Assembly (NCBI GenBank): GCA_963813155.1
Contig: CAWEYG010000003.1
Coordinates: forward strand, 640,001-704,000
DNA: 64,000 bases
Source of the DNA: an uncultured Acidobacteriota bacterium
Lineage (GTDB): Bacteria; Acidobacteriota; Thermoanaerobaculia; UBA5066; DATFVB01
Direction: 5' to 3'
Below the pieces are notes generated by a model. The model did no database searches. It was given only the letters and a program-made list of their open reading frames with translations, and was not told where the DNA came from. Position numbers and translations under genes: made by a program. Positions within the stretch are counted from its first letter, which is position 1. The number at the start of each line of letters is the position of its first letter. Positions 1 to 8,866 of this stretch are shown here, one piece after another.

Positions 1-853
1 CCCGGTCTTTCGGCGAGGCGAGGAGGGCCTCGGAGGCACGGCGGTCCGCGGCAGGGTCCGAACCGCGGGGCGCCGTCCCTTTGATCGGCCTCATCTCCGC
101 GCGGCGCGTCCCGAAATCGGCGCGGAGAAAGAGCTCGGGCGAGGCGGAGATCACGTCGAAATCCCCGCCGAGCAGGAGAGCGGAGTACGGCGGCGGGTCC
201 GGGCCCGCGAGGCCGCGATAGAGCGCGCGGGGATCGCTTCGCTCGCCCGTCGGTAACGAGTATCGGCGGGTGAGGTTGACCTGGTAGTAATCGCCGCGCG
301 CGATTCCGCGCCGGATTTCTTCATGGGCGAACCCGTACGCGGGGCCTGCTAGGGAGTCCTCGAGGAGCGGGCCGCGGCCTGGTCCCTGCGCCGGCTCGGC
401 AAATGCTCCTCGACGATGGGTCGAGTCCCGCGACAGGACCCGCTCGTCGTCTTCCAAGACCGGATCCACTCTTCCGGCCGTGAACCGGTATGCCTTCCCG
501 TCCGACGAGATTGCAAAGCCCGACTCATGACGAAAAAACAGCGCCGCCGGCTCGGGAGGATTCGAATCGCGGGACGGCGCCCCTTCCCATCGGCTCCCCG
601 CTTCATACGAAATGAAACCGACCCAGCCCCCGAGAAAGGGAATTTCTTCGGACGCCGGCGTGGAATTTCCGTCGAAGCGGATCGCGTTCAGGAATTCTTC
701 CAGGCGGCCCTCCTGCCCCCACTCCACCCGGAACTCGTCGACCGGATCCGGCAGGGCGATCGTCCACCGCCCGGAATCGCGCCAGCCGTCGAAGAGCGCT
801 GCGCCCGGCGCAAGGATCCCGTCGAGAAGGGAATCGCGATTCATCGAGTGCAT
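1..853 (-). CDS. pabB: Chorismate-binding enzyme, aminodeoxychorismate/anthranilate synthase component I family (3' end beyond window)
   Basis: Not in the ORF track. Manual translation from ATG 853 (AAAGGA RBS) gives in-frame motifs PFLGGWVGFISYE, GDYYQVNL, SASPELF, RPIKGT and SPKDR. PabB versus TrpE cannot be fully resolved. Confidence 0.8.
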   Translation of the reverse strand, partial: MHSMNRDSLLDGILAPGAALFDGWRDSGRWTIALPDPVDEFRVEWGQEGRLEEFLNAIRFDGNSTPASEEIPFLGGWVGFISYEAGSRWEGAPSRDSNPPEPAALFFRHESGFAISSDGKAYRFTAGRVDPVLEDDERVLSRDSTHRRGAFAEPAQGPGRGPLLEDSLAGPAYGFAHEEIRRGIARGDYYQVNLTRRYSLPTGERSDPRALYRGLAGPDPPPYSALLLGGDFDVISASPELFLRADFGTRRAEMRPIKGTAPRGSDPAADRRASEALLASPKDR

Positions 854-890
854 TATTTCCTTTTCCACGTCGCGATAGAGTCGACTGCGC

Positions 891-1577
891 GTGAGATTCG
901 CCGCGATCATTCCGGTCTTCAACGAGAGGCAATCGCTTCCGCTCGTCGTGAAGGACCTCACGGACCCGCGCATCGCGGAGGTCCTCGTCGTCGACAACGG
1001 TTCGTCAGACGGCACGGGGGCCGTCGCGGCGAATCTGCCCGTCCGCGTCGTCCACGAGCCGCGGCGCGGCTACGGAAGCGCCTGCCTCGCGGGCATCGCG
1101 GCTCTGGTTTCCGATCCTCCCGGCGGCGTGCTCTTCCTGGACGGAGACTATTCCGATCACCCGGAAGAGGCCGGCTCGCTCCTCGACGCGATCGAGCAGG
1201 GAGCGGACCTCGCGATTGGCTCCCGCGTGCTGGGCCGACGCGAACGGGGCGCTCTTCTGCCGCAGGCCCGGGCGGGCAACGCGCTCGCGACCTTCCTGAT
1301 CGGGATCCTGTACGGCCACCGGTTCACCGACCTCGGGCCCTTCCGCGCGATTCGCTGGGAAGCCCTCCGCTCGATCGGAATGGAGGACACGAATTTTGGC
1401 TGGACGTGCGAGATGCAGGTCAAGGCCGTCCGCCGGGGTCTACGAATCGTCGAGGTCCCGGTATCGTACCGCCGGCGAATCGGCGTGTCGAAGATCGCGG
1501 GAACGGTCGGCGGGACCGTCCGCGCCGGATACAAGATCCTGTGGACGATCGCGAGATACGGGTGGAAGAGGCCTTAG
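891..1577 (+). CDS. Glycosyltransferase family 2, polyprenol-phosphate glycosyltransferase (DPM1-like)
   Basis: IIPVFNE, VVDNGSSDGT, FLDGD (DxD) and FTDLGPFRAIR motifs. Confidence 0.9.
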   Translation: MRFAAIIPVFNERQSLPLVVKDLTDPRIAEVLVVDNGSSDGTGAVAANLPVRVVHEPRRGYGSACLAGIAALVSDPPGGVLFLDGDYSDHPEEAGSLLDAIEQGADLAIGSRVLGRRERGALLPQARAGNALATFLIGILYGHRFTDLGPFRAIRWEALRSIGMEDTNFGWTCEMQVKAVRRGLRIVEVPVSYRRRIGVSKIAGTVGGTVRAGYKILWTIARYGWKRP

Positions 1578-1587
1578 AATCGGCCGA

Positions 1588-2019
1588 ATGAGTCAAAAGC
1601 CCCAGATCTACGACCGCGCGGTCGACCACTCGATTCGCGTTCGCTACGCCGAAACCGACCGCATGGGCGTCGTGTACCACACGAACTACATCGTCTGGTT
1701 CGAGATCGGGCGGACCGAGTTCTGCCGCAGCGCGGGAATTCCCTACCGGCAGATGGAAGACGAGGGAATCCTCATTCCCGTCACCGGAGTCGACTGCGTC
1801 TATCGCCGGCCGGCCCGCTACGACGACGGCGTGACGATCCGGACGCGGATGGGCGAGGTCGGAAGCCGGGGATTGACGTTCTTCTACGAGGTCCTCGGCG
1901 AGGACGGCTCGCTGCTCGCGGAGGGCTCGACCCGCCACATCTTCACCGATGCGGCGAGCAAGCCGATCCGGATTCCCGAGAAGGTTCGGGAGACCTTCGC
2001 GAAGTTCCTGGGAGCGTGA
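1588..2019 (+). CDS. Acyl-CoA thioesterase, YbgC/4HBT hotdog family
   Basis: RVRYAETDRMGVVYHTNYIVWFEIGRTE signature; start moved to ATG 1588. Confidence 0.9.
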   Translation: MSQKPQIYDRAVDHSIRVRYAETDRMGVVYHTNYIVWFEIGRTEFCRSAGIPYRQMEDEGILIPVTGVDCVYRRPARYDDGVTIRTRMGEVGSRGLTFFYEVLGEDGSLLAEGSTRHIFTDAASKPIRIPEKVRETFAKFLGA

Positions 2020-2035
2020 GACGGAACCTTCCGGC

Positions 2036-3940
2036 GTGAGCGCTCCGCTTCGCCGGCGGGCCCTCCCCGAGCTCGCGGTCTCCGCCCTTTTCGCGGCGCT
2101 CTCCTGCGCGATGACGTGGCCGTGGGTCGCCCGCGTCGCCGACGCGGTGCCGGACCGGGGCGACCCGTACCTGCTGTCGTGGGTTCTCGCGTGGGATTTC
2201 CACCAGGTTTTTCGCGCTCCCCTGCGCCTGTTCGATGCGAACATTTTCTATCCCCTCCGCCATTCGCTCGCTTTCTCCAACGACCTTCTCGGCGTGTTCC
2301 TCCCGCTTTTCTGGCTGCCCCTGCTGGGGCTCGGACCGGTCGCCGTGTACAACGTCTCCGCGCTCGCGGGCTTCGCGTTCACCGGATACGCCGTCTTTCG
2401 GCTCGCGCGGACGGTTACCGATTGCCCCCGGGCGGCGATCCTCGGCTCCCTCGCGTTCACGTTTCTGCCGGGGCGCTTCCTTCATGACGGCCACCTGCAG
2501 CTGCTGTGGGCAGGCTGGGCGGCGCTGCTGCTCGAGTCGGAAATTCTCTTCTTTCGCTCTCCCACGCGGGGCCGGGCGTTCTGGATGGGAACGTGTTTCG
2601 TTCTCAACGCGCTGACCGACGTCTACTGGCTTCTTCTCACCCTGGTTCCCGTCGCCGTCACTTGCGCGATCCTCGCTTACGCCCGGCCGGCCGGCCGGAA
2701 GACCCTCCTCCGCGCGGCCGCCGCTTTCTTCCTCGCCGGCGTCGCGCTGCTCCCTTTTCTGATGCCTTATGCGCGCGCCGCGCGCGAGAACGGCTTCGAA
2801 CGAGGCGCGGGCGAAAACAACTTCATGAGCGCCGTTCCAGCAGACTGGCTGGCGATCAATCCCGCCGTCCGCCTGTACCGGAACGTCCTGACGAGGCGCC
2901 CGCCCACGGGGGAGCGAGCTCTTTTCCCCGGATTCGGGATCCTCCTGCTCGCGGCGGCCGCGTTCGTTCCCCACCGGCGCGCGCCGGACGCTGCCCCCTC
3001 TCCACCGGATGGGAGGGTGGACTCCGTCGTCCGTCTCCTCGATGCTGCCGCGATCACGGCCGTCGGCGCGGCGGTTCTCGCGTTTGCTTTCTGGCCCGGA
3101 GAGGGCACCACGAGCGTCCGCCACGCGAGCACCGCTCTCCTCGCCGCCGCCGTCGCTCTCGGCGTCCGGCTCTGGTTGCGGCTTCCCCGACTTTCCGCCG
3201 GCGCGGCCCGCCGGGGATGGCGGGAGGTCCTTCGAACGACTTCCCGGCCGGAGCTTCATGTGGCGGTGGCCTGGGTCGTCCTGGGATTTCTCGATTCCCT
3301 GGGGATGCACACGCCCTACCACCGCCTGCTCTGGAAATTCATCCTCCCCTATCGGGCGATGCGAGTCCCCGCTCGCGCGGAATTCGTCGCGGCGCTCGGG
3401 CTGTCCCTTCTCGCCGCGGCCGGAGCGCACCGGCTACTCCGGGCAACGCGCCGGCCGGCGGCCCTGTTCGCTCTTCTCGGAATCGCGCTGCTCGCGGAGC
3501 TGCGCGTCGCGCCGATCCCCCTGGTCTCCGCCGAAGTCCGGGTGCCGGAGGTCTACCGGTGGCTCGCGCGGACTCCGATGACGGGCGGCGTCGTCGAGCT
3601 TCCCATGGGGTTCGGTTCGCACAACTTTCTTTACACGCTGCGCGCCGCGGATCACTGGCGGCCCCTCGTCGACGGGACGTCGGGCTTTCAGCCCGCGTTC
3701 GAGCGCCGCCTGGAGGAAGCGAGCGAGCGAAATCCGATTCCCGGCCCCTGGCTGAATGCGCTCGAGGCGGTGCCAGTCTCGTTCCTCGTCGTTCACCGCG
3801 CGACGCTCAGTCCGGCGGAAGCCTCCGCGCTGGACGTGTTCCTGAAATCGGGAGCGCGCGACAACCGTCTTCGATTCGTCGCGCGCTTCCCGGCTGCAGG
3901 GCCGGACGACGAGGTCTACGCCGTCGTCAGGACAAGGTAG
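2036..3940 (+). CDS. Polytopic membrane protein, putative GT-C fold glycosyltransferase (YfhO-related)
   Basis: Many hydrophobic segments, early loop DRGDP..W..AW, DANIFYP....LAFS, MRVPAR, C-terminal soluble domain (VVELP, HWRPLVDGTSGF); GTG start inferred. Confidence 0.65.
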   Translation: MSAPLRRRALPELAVSALFAALSCAMTWPWVARVADAVPDRGDPYLLSWVLAWDFHQVFRAPLRLFDANIFYPLRHSLAFSNDLLGVFLPLFWLPLLGLGPVAVYNVSALAGFAFTGYAVFRLARTVTDCPRAAILGSLAFTFLPGRFLHDGHLQLLWAGWAALLLESEILFFRSPTRGRAFWMGTCFVLNALTDVYWLLLTLVPVAVTCAILAYARPAGRKTLLRAAAAFFLAGVALLPFLMPYARAARENGFERGAGENNFMSAVPADWLAINPAVRLYRNVLTRRPPTGERALFPGFGILLLAAAAFVPHRRAPDAAPSPPDGRVDSVVRLLDAAAITAVGAAVLAFAFWPGEGTTSVRHASTALLAAAVALGVRLWLRLPRLSAGAARRGWREVLRTTSRPELHVAVAWVVLGFLDSLGMHTPYHRLLWKFILPYRAMRVPARAEFVAALGLSLLAAAGAHRLLRATRRPAALFALLGIALLAELRVAPIPLVSAEVRVPEVYRWLARTPMTGGVVELPMGFGSHNFLYTLRAADHWRPLVDGTSGFQPAFERRLEEASERNPIPGPWLNALEAVPVSFLVVHRATLSPAEASALDVFLKSGARDNRLRFVARFPAAGPDDEVYAVVRTR

Positions 3941-3967
3941 CCGTTTTGTAGCTATTTCGGCTACAAT
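3937..3967 (+). promoter_or_regulatory. Promoter and palindromic operator of the Phd/PIN toxin-antitoxin operon
   Basis: Inverted repeats GTAGCCG(3937-43)/CGGCTAC(3958-64) and TGTAGC/GCTACA overlap -10 TACAAT (3962-67), 6 nt before the ATG. Confidence 0.6.
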
Positions 3968-3973
3968 GGCCGT

Positions 3974-4261
3974 ATGAAATTCGTCAACGTCCGCGAGCTT
4001 CGCAATCGACCGGGGAAGGTCTGGACCGAGATCGAGACCCAGGACCTTGTCCTGACTTCCAAGGGCTCGCCCGTGGGTCTGCTCGTCGGCGTGAAAGACG
4101 ACAGCCTCGAAGATACCCTTTCGGCGTTGCGCCGCGCTCGCGCCACGCTCGCGGTTTCGCGCATCCGGCGGCGGGCGGCAGAACGAGGCATTTCGACCCT
4201 GTCCATGAAGGAGATCGATCGGGAGATCCGCGCGGCCCGCCGTCCGAAACGTAAACGGTGA
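3974..4261 (+). CDS. Type II antitoxin, Phd/YefM family
   Basis: N-terminus [11 protein letters not shown]..., [12 protein letters not shown]; small gene overlapping the PIN gene (GTGA). Confidence 0.8.
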   Translation: MKFVNVRELRNRPGKVWTEIETQDLVLTSKGSPVGLLVGVKDDSLEDTLSALRRARATLAVSRIRRRAAERGISTLSMKEIDREIRAARRPKRKR

Positions 4262-4671
4262 GGGTCGTCCTCGACACGAACGTCCTCGTCTCGGGCCTTC
4301 TGAACCCGGTCGGCGCGGCCGGCCGCGTCCTCGATCTCCTGCTGGCCGGGGAAATCGCACTGCTCGTGGACGATCGAATTCTGCGGGAATATCGGATCGT
4401 TCTGCCCCGCCCGAAATTCGCGTTTCCGCGCGCCGATATCCTGTCGGTCCTGGAATTCCTCGAATCCGAGTCCGAGCTCGTCCCGGCGGCCCCTTGCGGT
4501 TTGAGCCTCCCCGACCCCGACGACCTCCCGTTCCTCGAGGTCGCGATCTCCGGCAGGGCCGATTCGCTCGTCACCGGCAACCTCCGGCACTTTCCGTCGG
4601 CGATCCGGCGTGGACTCGCATTTCGGATTCAGGCGCCAGCGGAGTTTCTGAAGGCCTGGAGCTCGAAATAG
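4258..4671 (+). CDS. PIN-domain toxin (VapC-like, PIN_3 type)
   Basis: [27 protein letters not shown] and LVTGNLRHF motifs. Confidence 0.88.
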   Translation: MRVVLDTNVLVSGLLNPVGAAGRVLDLLLAGEIALLVDDRILREYRIVLPRPKFAFPRADILSVLEFLESESELVPAAPCGLSLPDPDDLPFLEVAISGRADSLVTGNLRHFPSAIRRGLAFRIQAPAEFLKAWSSK

Positions 4672-4688
4672 GCCCAGTCCCGCGGAGC

Positions 4689-5181
4689 CTAGCCCCCGAA
4701 TGCCTTCTTCAGCGCCTCGTTGACGCCGGGCGGCGTCAGGCCAGACACGTCGCCGCCGAGCCGCGCGACTTCCTTCACGAGGCGGGACGACACGTAGGAG
4801 TACTCCTCCTTGGCCATCAGGAAGACCGTTTCCACGTTTGGCGCGAGGCGCCGGTTCATGAGCGCCATCTGGAACTCGTACTCGAAGTCCGACATCGCGC
4901 GCAGTCCCCGCACGATCATCCGGGCTCCGATGGAATGCGCGAACTCGACGAGCAGGCCCGAGAACTCGCGCACCTCGACGGCCGCCCCGTGGTTCTTCTC
5001 GACGTGCTCGCGGATCATTCGCGTCCTCTCGGCCGACCGTGAAGAGGGGCTTCTTCTCGTCGTTGACGAGCAGCGCGAGCACGAGCCGGTCGCAGAGCTG
5101 CCTGGCCCGCTCGATGATGTCGAGGTGCCCGTTCGTGAGCGGGTCGAAAGAGCCCGGGTAAACCGCAACGCGTTCCGTCAT
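4689..5181 (-). CDS. coaD: Phosphopantetheine adenylyltransferase (apparent +1 frameshift near 5033, likely sequencing error)
   Basis: [18 protein letters not shown] in one frame; [20 protein letters not shown] and [10 protein letters not shown] in the adjacent frame. Confidence 0.92.
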
Positions 5182-6215
5182 GCGACCTCCTCTTCCGGCG
5201 CGGATCTCCCCCTCCGAAACAATCCTCCGGGCCGGAACAGTCCCCCGGGAGAGATTTCGAGCCTCGGGTCGAGCGCCTCGCGCCACGAGTCGCCGATCAG
5301 ATTGTAGGCCGCGACCGTCACGAAAATCGCGAGCCCCGGAAATAGCGCGAGCCACCAGGCCTGCTCGGCGTACGCCTCCGACAGCGCGAGCACCCCTCCC
5401 CACGACGGCCGCGGGGGCGGAACGCCGAGCCCGAGAAACGAGAGCGAAGCTTCCGCGAGCGTCGCGCTCGCGACGCCGAACGTCGCCGAGACGAGGACCG
5501 GCCCCATCGCGCTCGGCAGGAGGTGCGACCGGAAGATCTGCAGGGGCGAAAGCCCCGCGGCGCGCGCCGCGCGGGTCGAGTCGAGCTCCCTCGCCTTGAG
5601 GATCTCCCCCCGCGCGAACCGGGCCTCGTTCGGCCACGACGTCAGGGCAATCGCGACGACGATCGTCGCGGCCGACGGGCCCCAGAGAGCCACGAGCGCG
5701 AGAAGGAAAAAAAGCGCCGGAAAGCAGAGGACGATCTCCATCACGCGGGAGACGGCGAGGTCGGCGAAGCCACCGGCGGAGCCCGCGAGGCCTCCGAGGA
5801 GCAGCCCGAGAACCATCGAGGCCGAGGCCGAAACGAGGCCGATCGAGAGCGACGTCGGCGCGGCCGCGATCAGCCGGGCGAGCACGTCGCGCCCGAGGTC
5901 GTCGGTGCCGAGCCAGTGCGAGCGAGAAGGGGCCTCGAGCCGCGCCGGAAGGACGATCGCGTAAGGAGAATAGGGAACCGGCGCGCGCAGCACCGGCCTC
6001 GCGGCGCCGGACGGCTCCCACGCGAAGAGCCTGCCGAACACCGGATAGCCGCCGAGGGCCGGCGCGTGGAGGCCGCCCCGGTCGATCGCGATCAGCGGAA
6101 GGTCGGTCGCGAGAACCGGCGACAGGAGGGCGACCGCCACAAGCGCGCCGACCGCCGCGAGACCCGCGCGAGCGCCGGTCCGGCGCCGAAAGCGGCCCCA
6201 GGTTCCCTCACTCAT
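5178..6215 (-). CDS. Peptide/nickel ABC transporter permease (OppC/DppC-like)
   Basis: [19 protein letters not shown]-like loop and [14 protein letters not shown] motifs. Confidence 0.9.
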   Translation of the reverse strand: MSEGTWGRFRRRTGARAGLAAVGALVAVALLSPVLATDLPLIAIDRGGLHAPALGGYPVFGRLFAWEPSGAARPVLRAPVPYSPYAIVLPARLEAPSRSHWLGTDDLGRDVLARLIAAAPTSLSIGLVSASASMVLGLLLGGLAGSAGGFADLAVSRVMEIVLCFPALFFLLALVALWGPSAATIVVAIALTSWPNEARFARGEILKARELDSTRAARAAGLSPLQIFRSHLLPSAMGPVLVSATFGVASATLAEASLSFLGLGVPPPRPSWGGVLALSEAYAEQAWWLALFPGLAIFVTVAAYNLIGDSWREALDPRLEISPGGLFRPGGLFRRGRSAPEEEVA

Positions 6216-7182
6216 ACTTCACCCGCGGATCGGCGGCCGCATACAGGAGGTCGGCCAGGAGAGTGGCCCCCAGCGTCAGCACCGCCGTGAAGAACGTCAA
6301 ACCGAGAATGAGCGGATAGTCGCGCGAGAGGATCGCGTCGAAGTAGAGCCTCCCGAGGCCGGGCCAGGCGAAGATCTGCTCGACGATCACCGAGCCCGAG
6401 AGCAGCCCCGGCAGCAGCAGGCCGAGCGACGTCACGAGCGGCAGCAGGGCGTTGCGAAACGAGTGCCGCCACAGCGCGCGCGAGCGGGAGGCCCCCCGGG
6501 CGCGGGCCGCGAGAACGTATTCCGCCGACGACGCTTCGCGGACGCTCGACCGGACGAGGCCCGTGAAGAACGCGAGCGATCCGTACGTCAGGCACACGAG
6601 AGGAAGAACGGCGTGGCGCGCCACGTCGGCGATCGCGGCGCCGGCTGTCGAGCCCTTCGCCGCGTCGGACGCGACCCCGAAGAGCGGAAGCCATTCCAGC
6701 CGAACGGCGAACACCGTGACGAGAAGCATGGCGACCCAGAACGACGGCGTCGAGTACAGCAGGAAGAGCGCCCCGCCGGAGATCCTGTCGAAGGCCGAGC
6801 CCGCCCTCTCCGCCTGGGCGGCGCCGAGGGGAATCCCGATCGCGAGCGTCAGGACCAGCGCGGCCAGGTTGAGACCGAACGTGTACGGAAGCGCCTCCAG
6901 GATTCGCCGGGAGACCGGGCGATGGTCCTGGAACGAGTCTCCGAAGTCGAATCGGGCCGCCCTCGAGAACCACGCCGCGATCTGCCGGGAAAGGGGCCGG
7001 TCGAGGCCGTAGAGCTTTCGAAGGGCGAGCGCCGCGGCGGGCGAAACCCGGCGCCCCGTCTGACGGCCCGCCGCCGAAGCGGGATCCCCGGGAGCGACCC
7101 GCAGAAGGAGAAAAACGGACAACACGACCCCGGCGAGCGTCGGCACGGCGAGGATCAGCCGCTTCCCCACGTAGCGCTTCAA
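6208..7182 (-). CDS. Peptide/nickel ABC transporter permease (OppB/DppB-like)
   Basis: KRYVGKRLILAVPTL, APGDPA, ARARG, HSFRNALLP, VEQIFAWPGLG and DLLYAAADPR; TTG start overlaps the upstream stop. Confidence 0.9.
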   Translation of the reverse strand: MKRYVGKRLILAVPTLAGVVLSVFLLLRVAPGDPASAAGRQTGRRVSPAAALALRKLYGLDRPLSRQIAAWFSRAARFDFGDSFQDHRPVSRRILEALPYTFGLNLAALVLTLAIGIPLGAAQAERAGSAFDRISGGALFLLYSTPSFWVAMLLVTVFAVRLEWLPLFGVASDAAKGSTAGAAIADVARHAVLPLVCLTYGSLAFFTGLVRSSVREASSAEYVLAARARGASRSRALWRHSFRNALLPLVTSLGLLLPGLLSGSVIVEQIFAWPGLGRLYFDAILSRDYPLILGLTFFTAVLTLGATLLADLLYAAADPRVKYE

Positions 7183-8835
7183 AATCGCGGGGCGGCCTCC
7201 CGGTCCCACCAGCCGACCGAGTCGGGCCAGAACTTGAAGAGACCGAGCGGGGTCGTGACGAGGCCCCCGATCCTCCGGGAGACGGCGTACTTCTGGGCGG
7301 ACTGAAGGGCGAACGTCGCGGGCTCGTCCGCGTGCAGGATCGCGTGGAGGCGATGATCGATCGCGATCCGCCGCACGGGATCGAGCTCCAGTCGCGCCTC
7401 GGAGATCAGTCGATCGGCCTCGGGGTCGGCGTAGGAGAGGTTGTTCAGTCCGTTCGGCGGGGCCTGAGACGAGTGCCAGTTTCCGAAGAGGTCCGGGTTC
7501 GGGTCGGACGCCGAATACGACGAGGCGACCGCGTCGAAATCGCCCGCGTCCATCTTCTTCGCGAACGCCGCCCACTCGACGGCGCGCGGATGGCAGACGA
7601 TGCCCGCTCCCGAGAGCGCGTCGCGAAAGACCTCCGCGACCTGCTGCGCCGACGTGCTGCCGCTCCCGTAGAGCAGGTCGAATTCGAATCGCTTTCCCCC
7701 GCGCTCGAGCACCCGGTCGCGCTCCGAGGGCTTCCATCCCGCTCCCGCGAGGAGTTGTTTCGCCCGGGCGGGGTCGAAGGGATAGGGCGCGATGGACGGG
7801 TCGTAGGCCGGGGAGTCGGCGGCCCACGGCCCGGAGAGGACCCGCGCGGTCCCGAGAAACAGGTCCCGCACGAGCGATCCCCGGTCCAGGAGCATCGTGA
7901 GCGCGCGGCGCGTCGCCGCGTCCGAGAAAAGGGGCGAACGGTTGTTGTAGCCGATGTAGAAGTACGAGAGGTCGAAAAACAGGACGAGCCGGCACCGCTT
8001 CAGGAACCGCGGGTCGCCGCGCGCCTGCTTCCATTGCTCGGTCGAGAGCCGCATCTCGTCGATGTCGCCCCGCTCGAGAGCGCGCAGGGCCTGGGCCTGG
8101 TCCGGGAACGATTCGGAACAGGACGCGGTCGAAGTGCGGCCGGGGGCCCCAGTACCGCTCGTTGCGCGCGAGCTCGATCGATTCCGACGTCCTCCAGCGC
8201 ACGAACCGGTAGGGGCCGTTCGAAACGGGCGCGCGGTTCTCGGGCGCCTTGAGCAGGTCGCGGTTCGCGTAGATCGCGGCGGGAAGCAGGGGCAGGTTGA
8301 ACGCGTAGAGACGGTAGGCGTACGGCTGCGCGAAGGTCACCCGAAAGGTCTTCTCGTCGAGCGCCTCGGCCTTCTGGAAGGAGTCCAGGTTCTGGGAGAA
8401 GAAGAGCGCCTCGCTCTTGGGATCGGCGATTCTCTCGAGGGTGAAGACCGCGTCCTTCGCCGTCACCGGCGAGCCGTCCTGCCAGACGGCCTCCGGCCGC
8501 AGGTGCAGGGTGATGACCCGCTGGTCCGGCGAGATCTCCCAGCGGTCGCACAGCCCGCCGACCGGATTCATCGCCTTGTCGAAGTCGATCAGGTTCCGCG
8601 AGATTCCCGCGAGCACGTACGCGTCGTACTCGGAAGTCTGGAGTATCGGGTTGAGCGTCGCCGGCTCCCCTTCCAGCCGCCGGTAGAGGGTTCCGCCTTC
8701 GCGCGGAGAGCCCGCCGTCTCGTCGACGAAGCCGATGCGGACGGGTTCGGGGGCCTTCGAGCGCGGCTTCTCGCCCCCGCACGCGGCGAGCAGGGCCGCG
8801 GAGACCGCGAAAAGTGCCGAAAGGATTCGCCGCAA
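7179..8835 (-). CDS. Peptide ABC transporter substrate-binding lipoprotein, family 5 (apparent +1 frameshift near 8103)
   Basis: Lipobox LLAAC, EPATLNP, WQDGSPVTAKD and GPYRFVRW; C-terminal half is ORF 7179..8054. Confidence 0.88.
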
Positions 8836-8866
8836 GAGCCCTCCGTTCGGAGCCCGCCGGCCGGAG

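Noticed and set aside
3961-6021. 686-aa ORF containing the CoaD N-terminus
   Set aside because: Chimeric frame caused by the coaD frameshift; flanking translation is not protein-like
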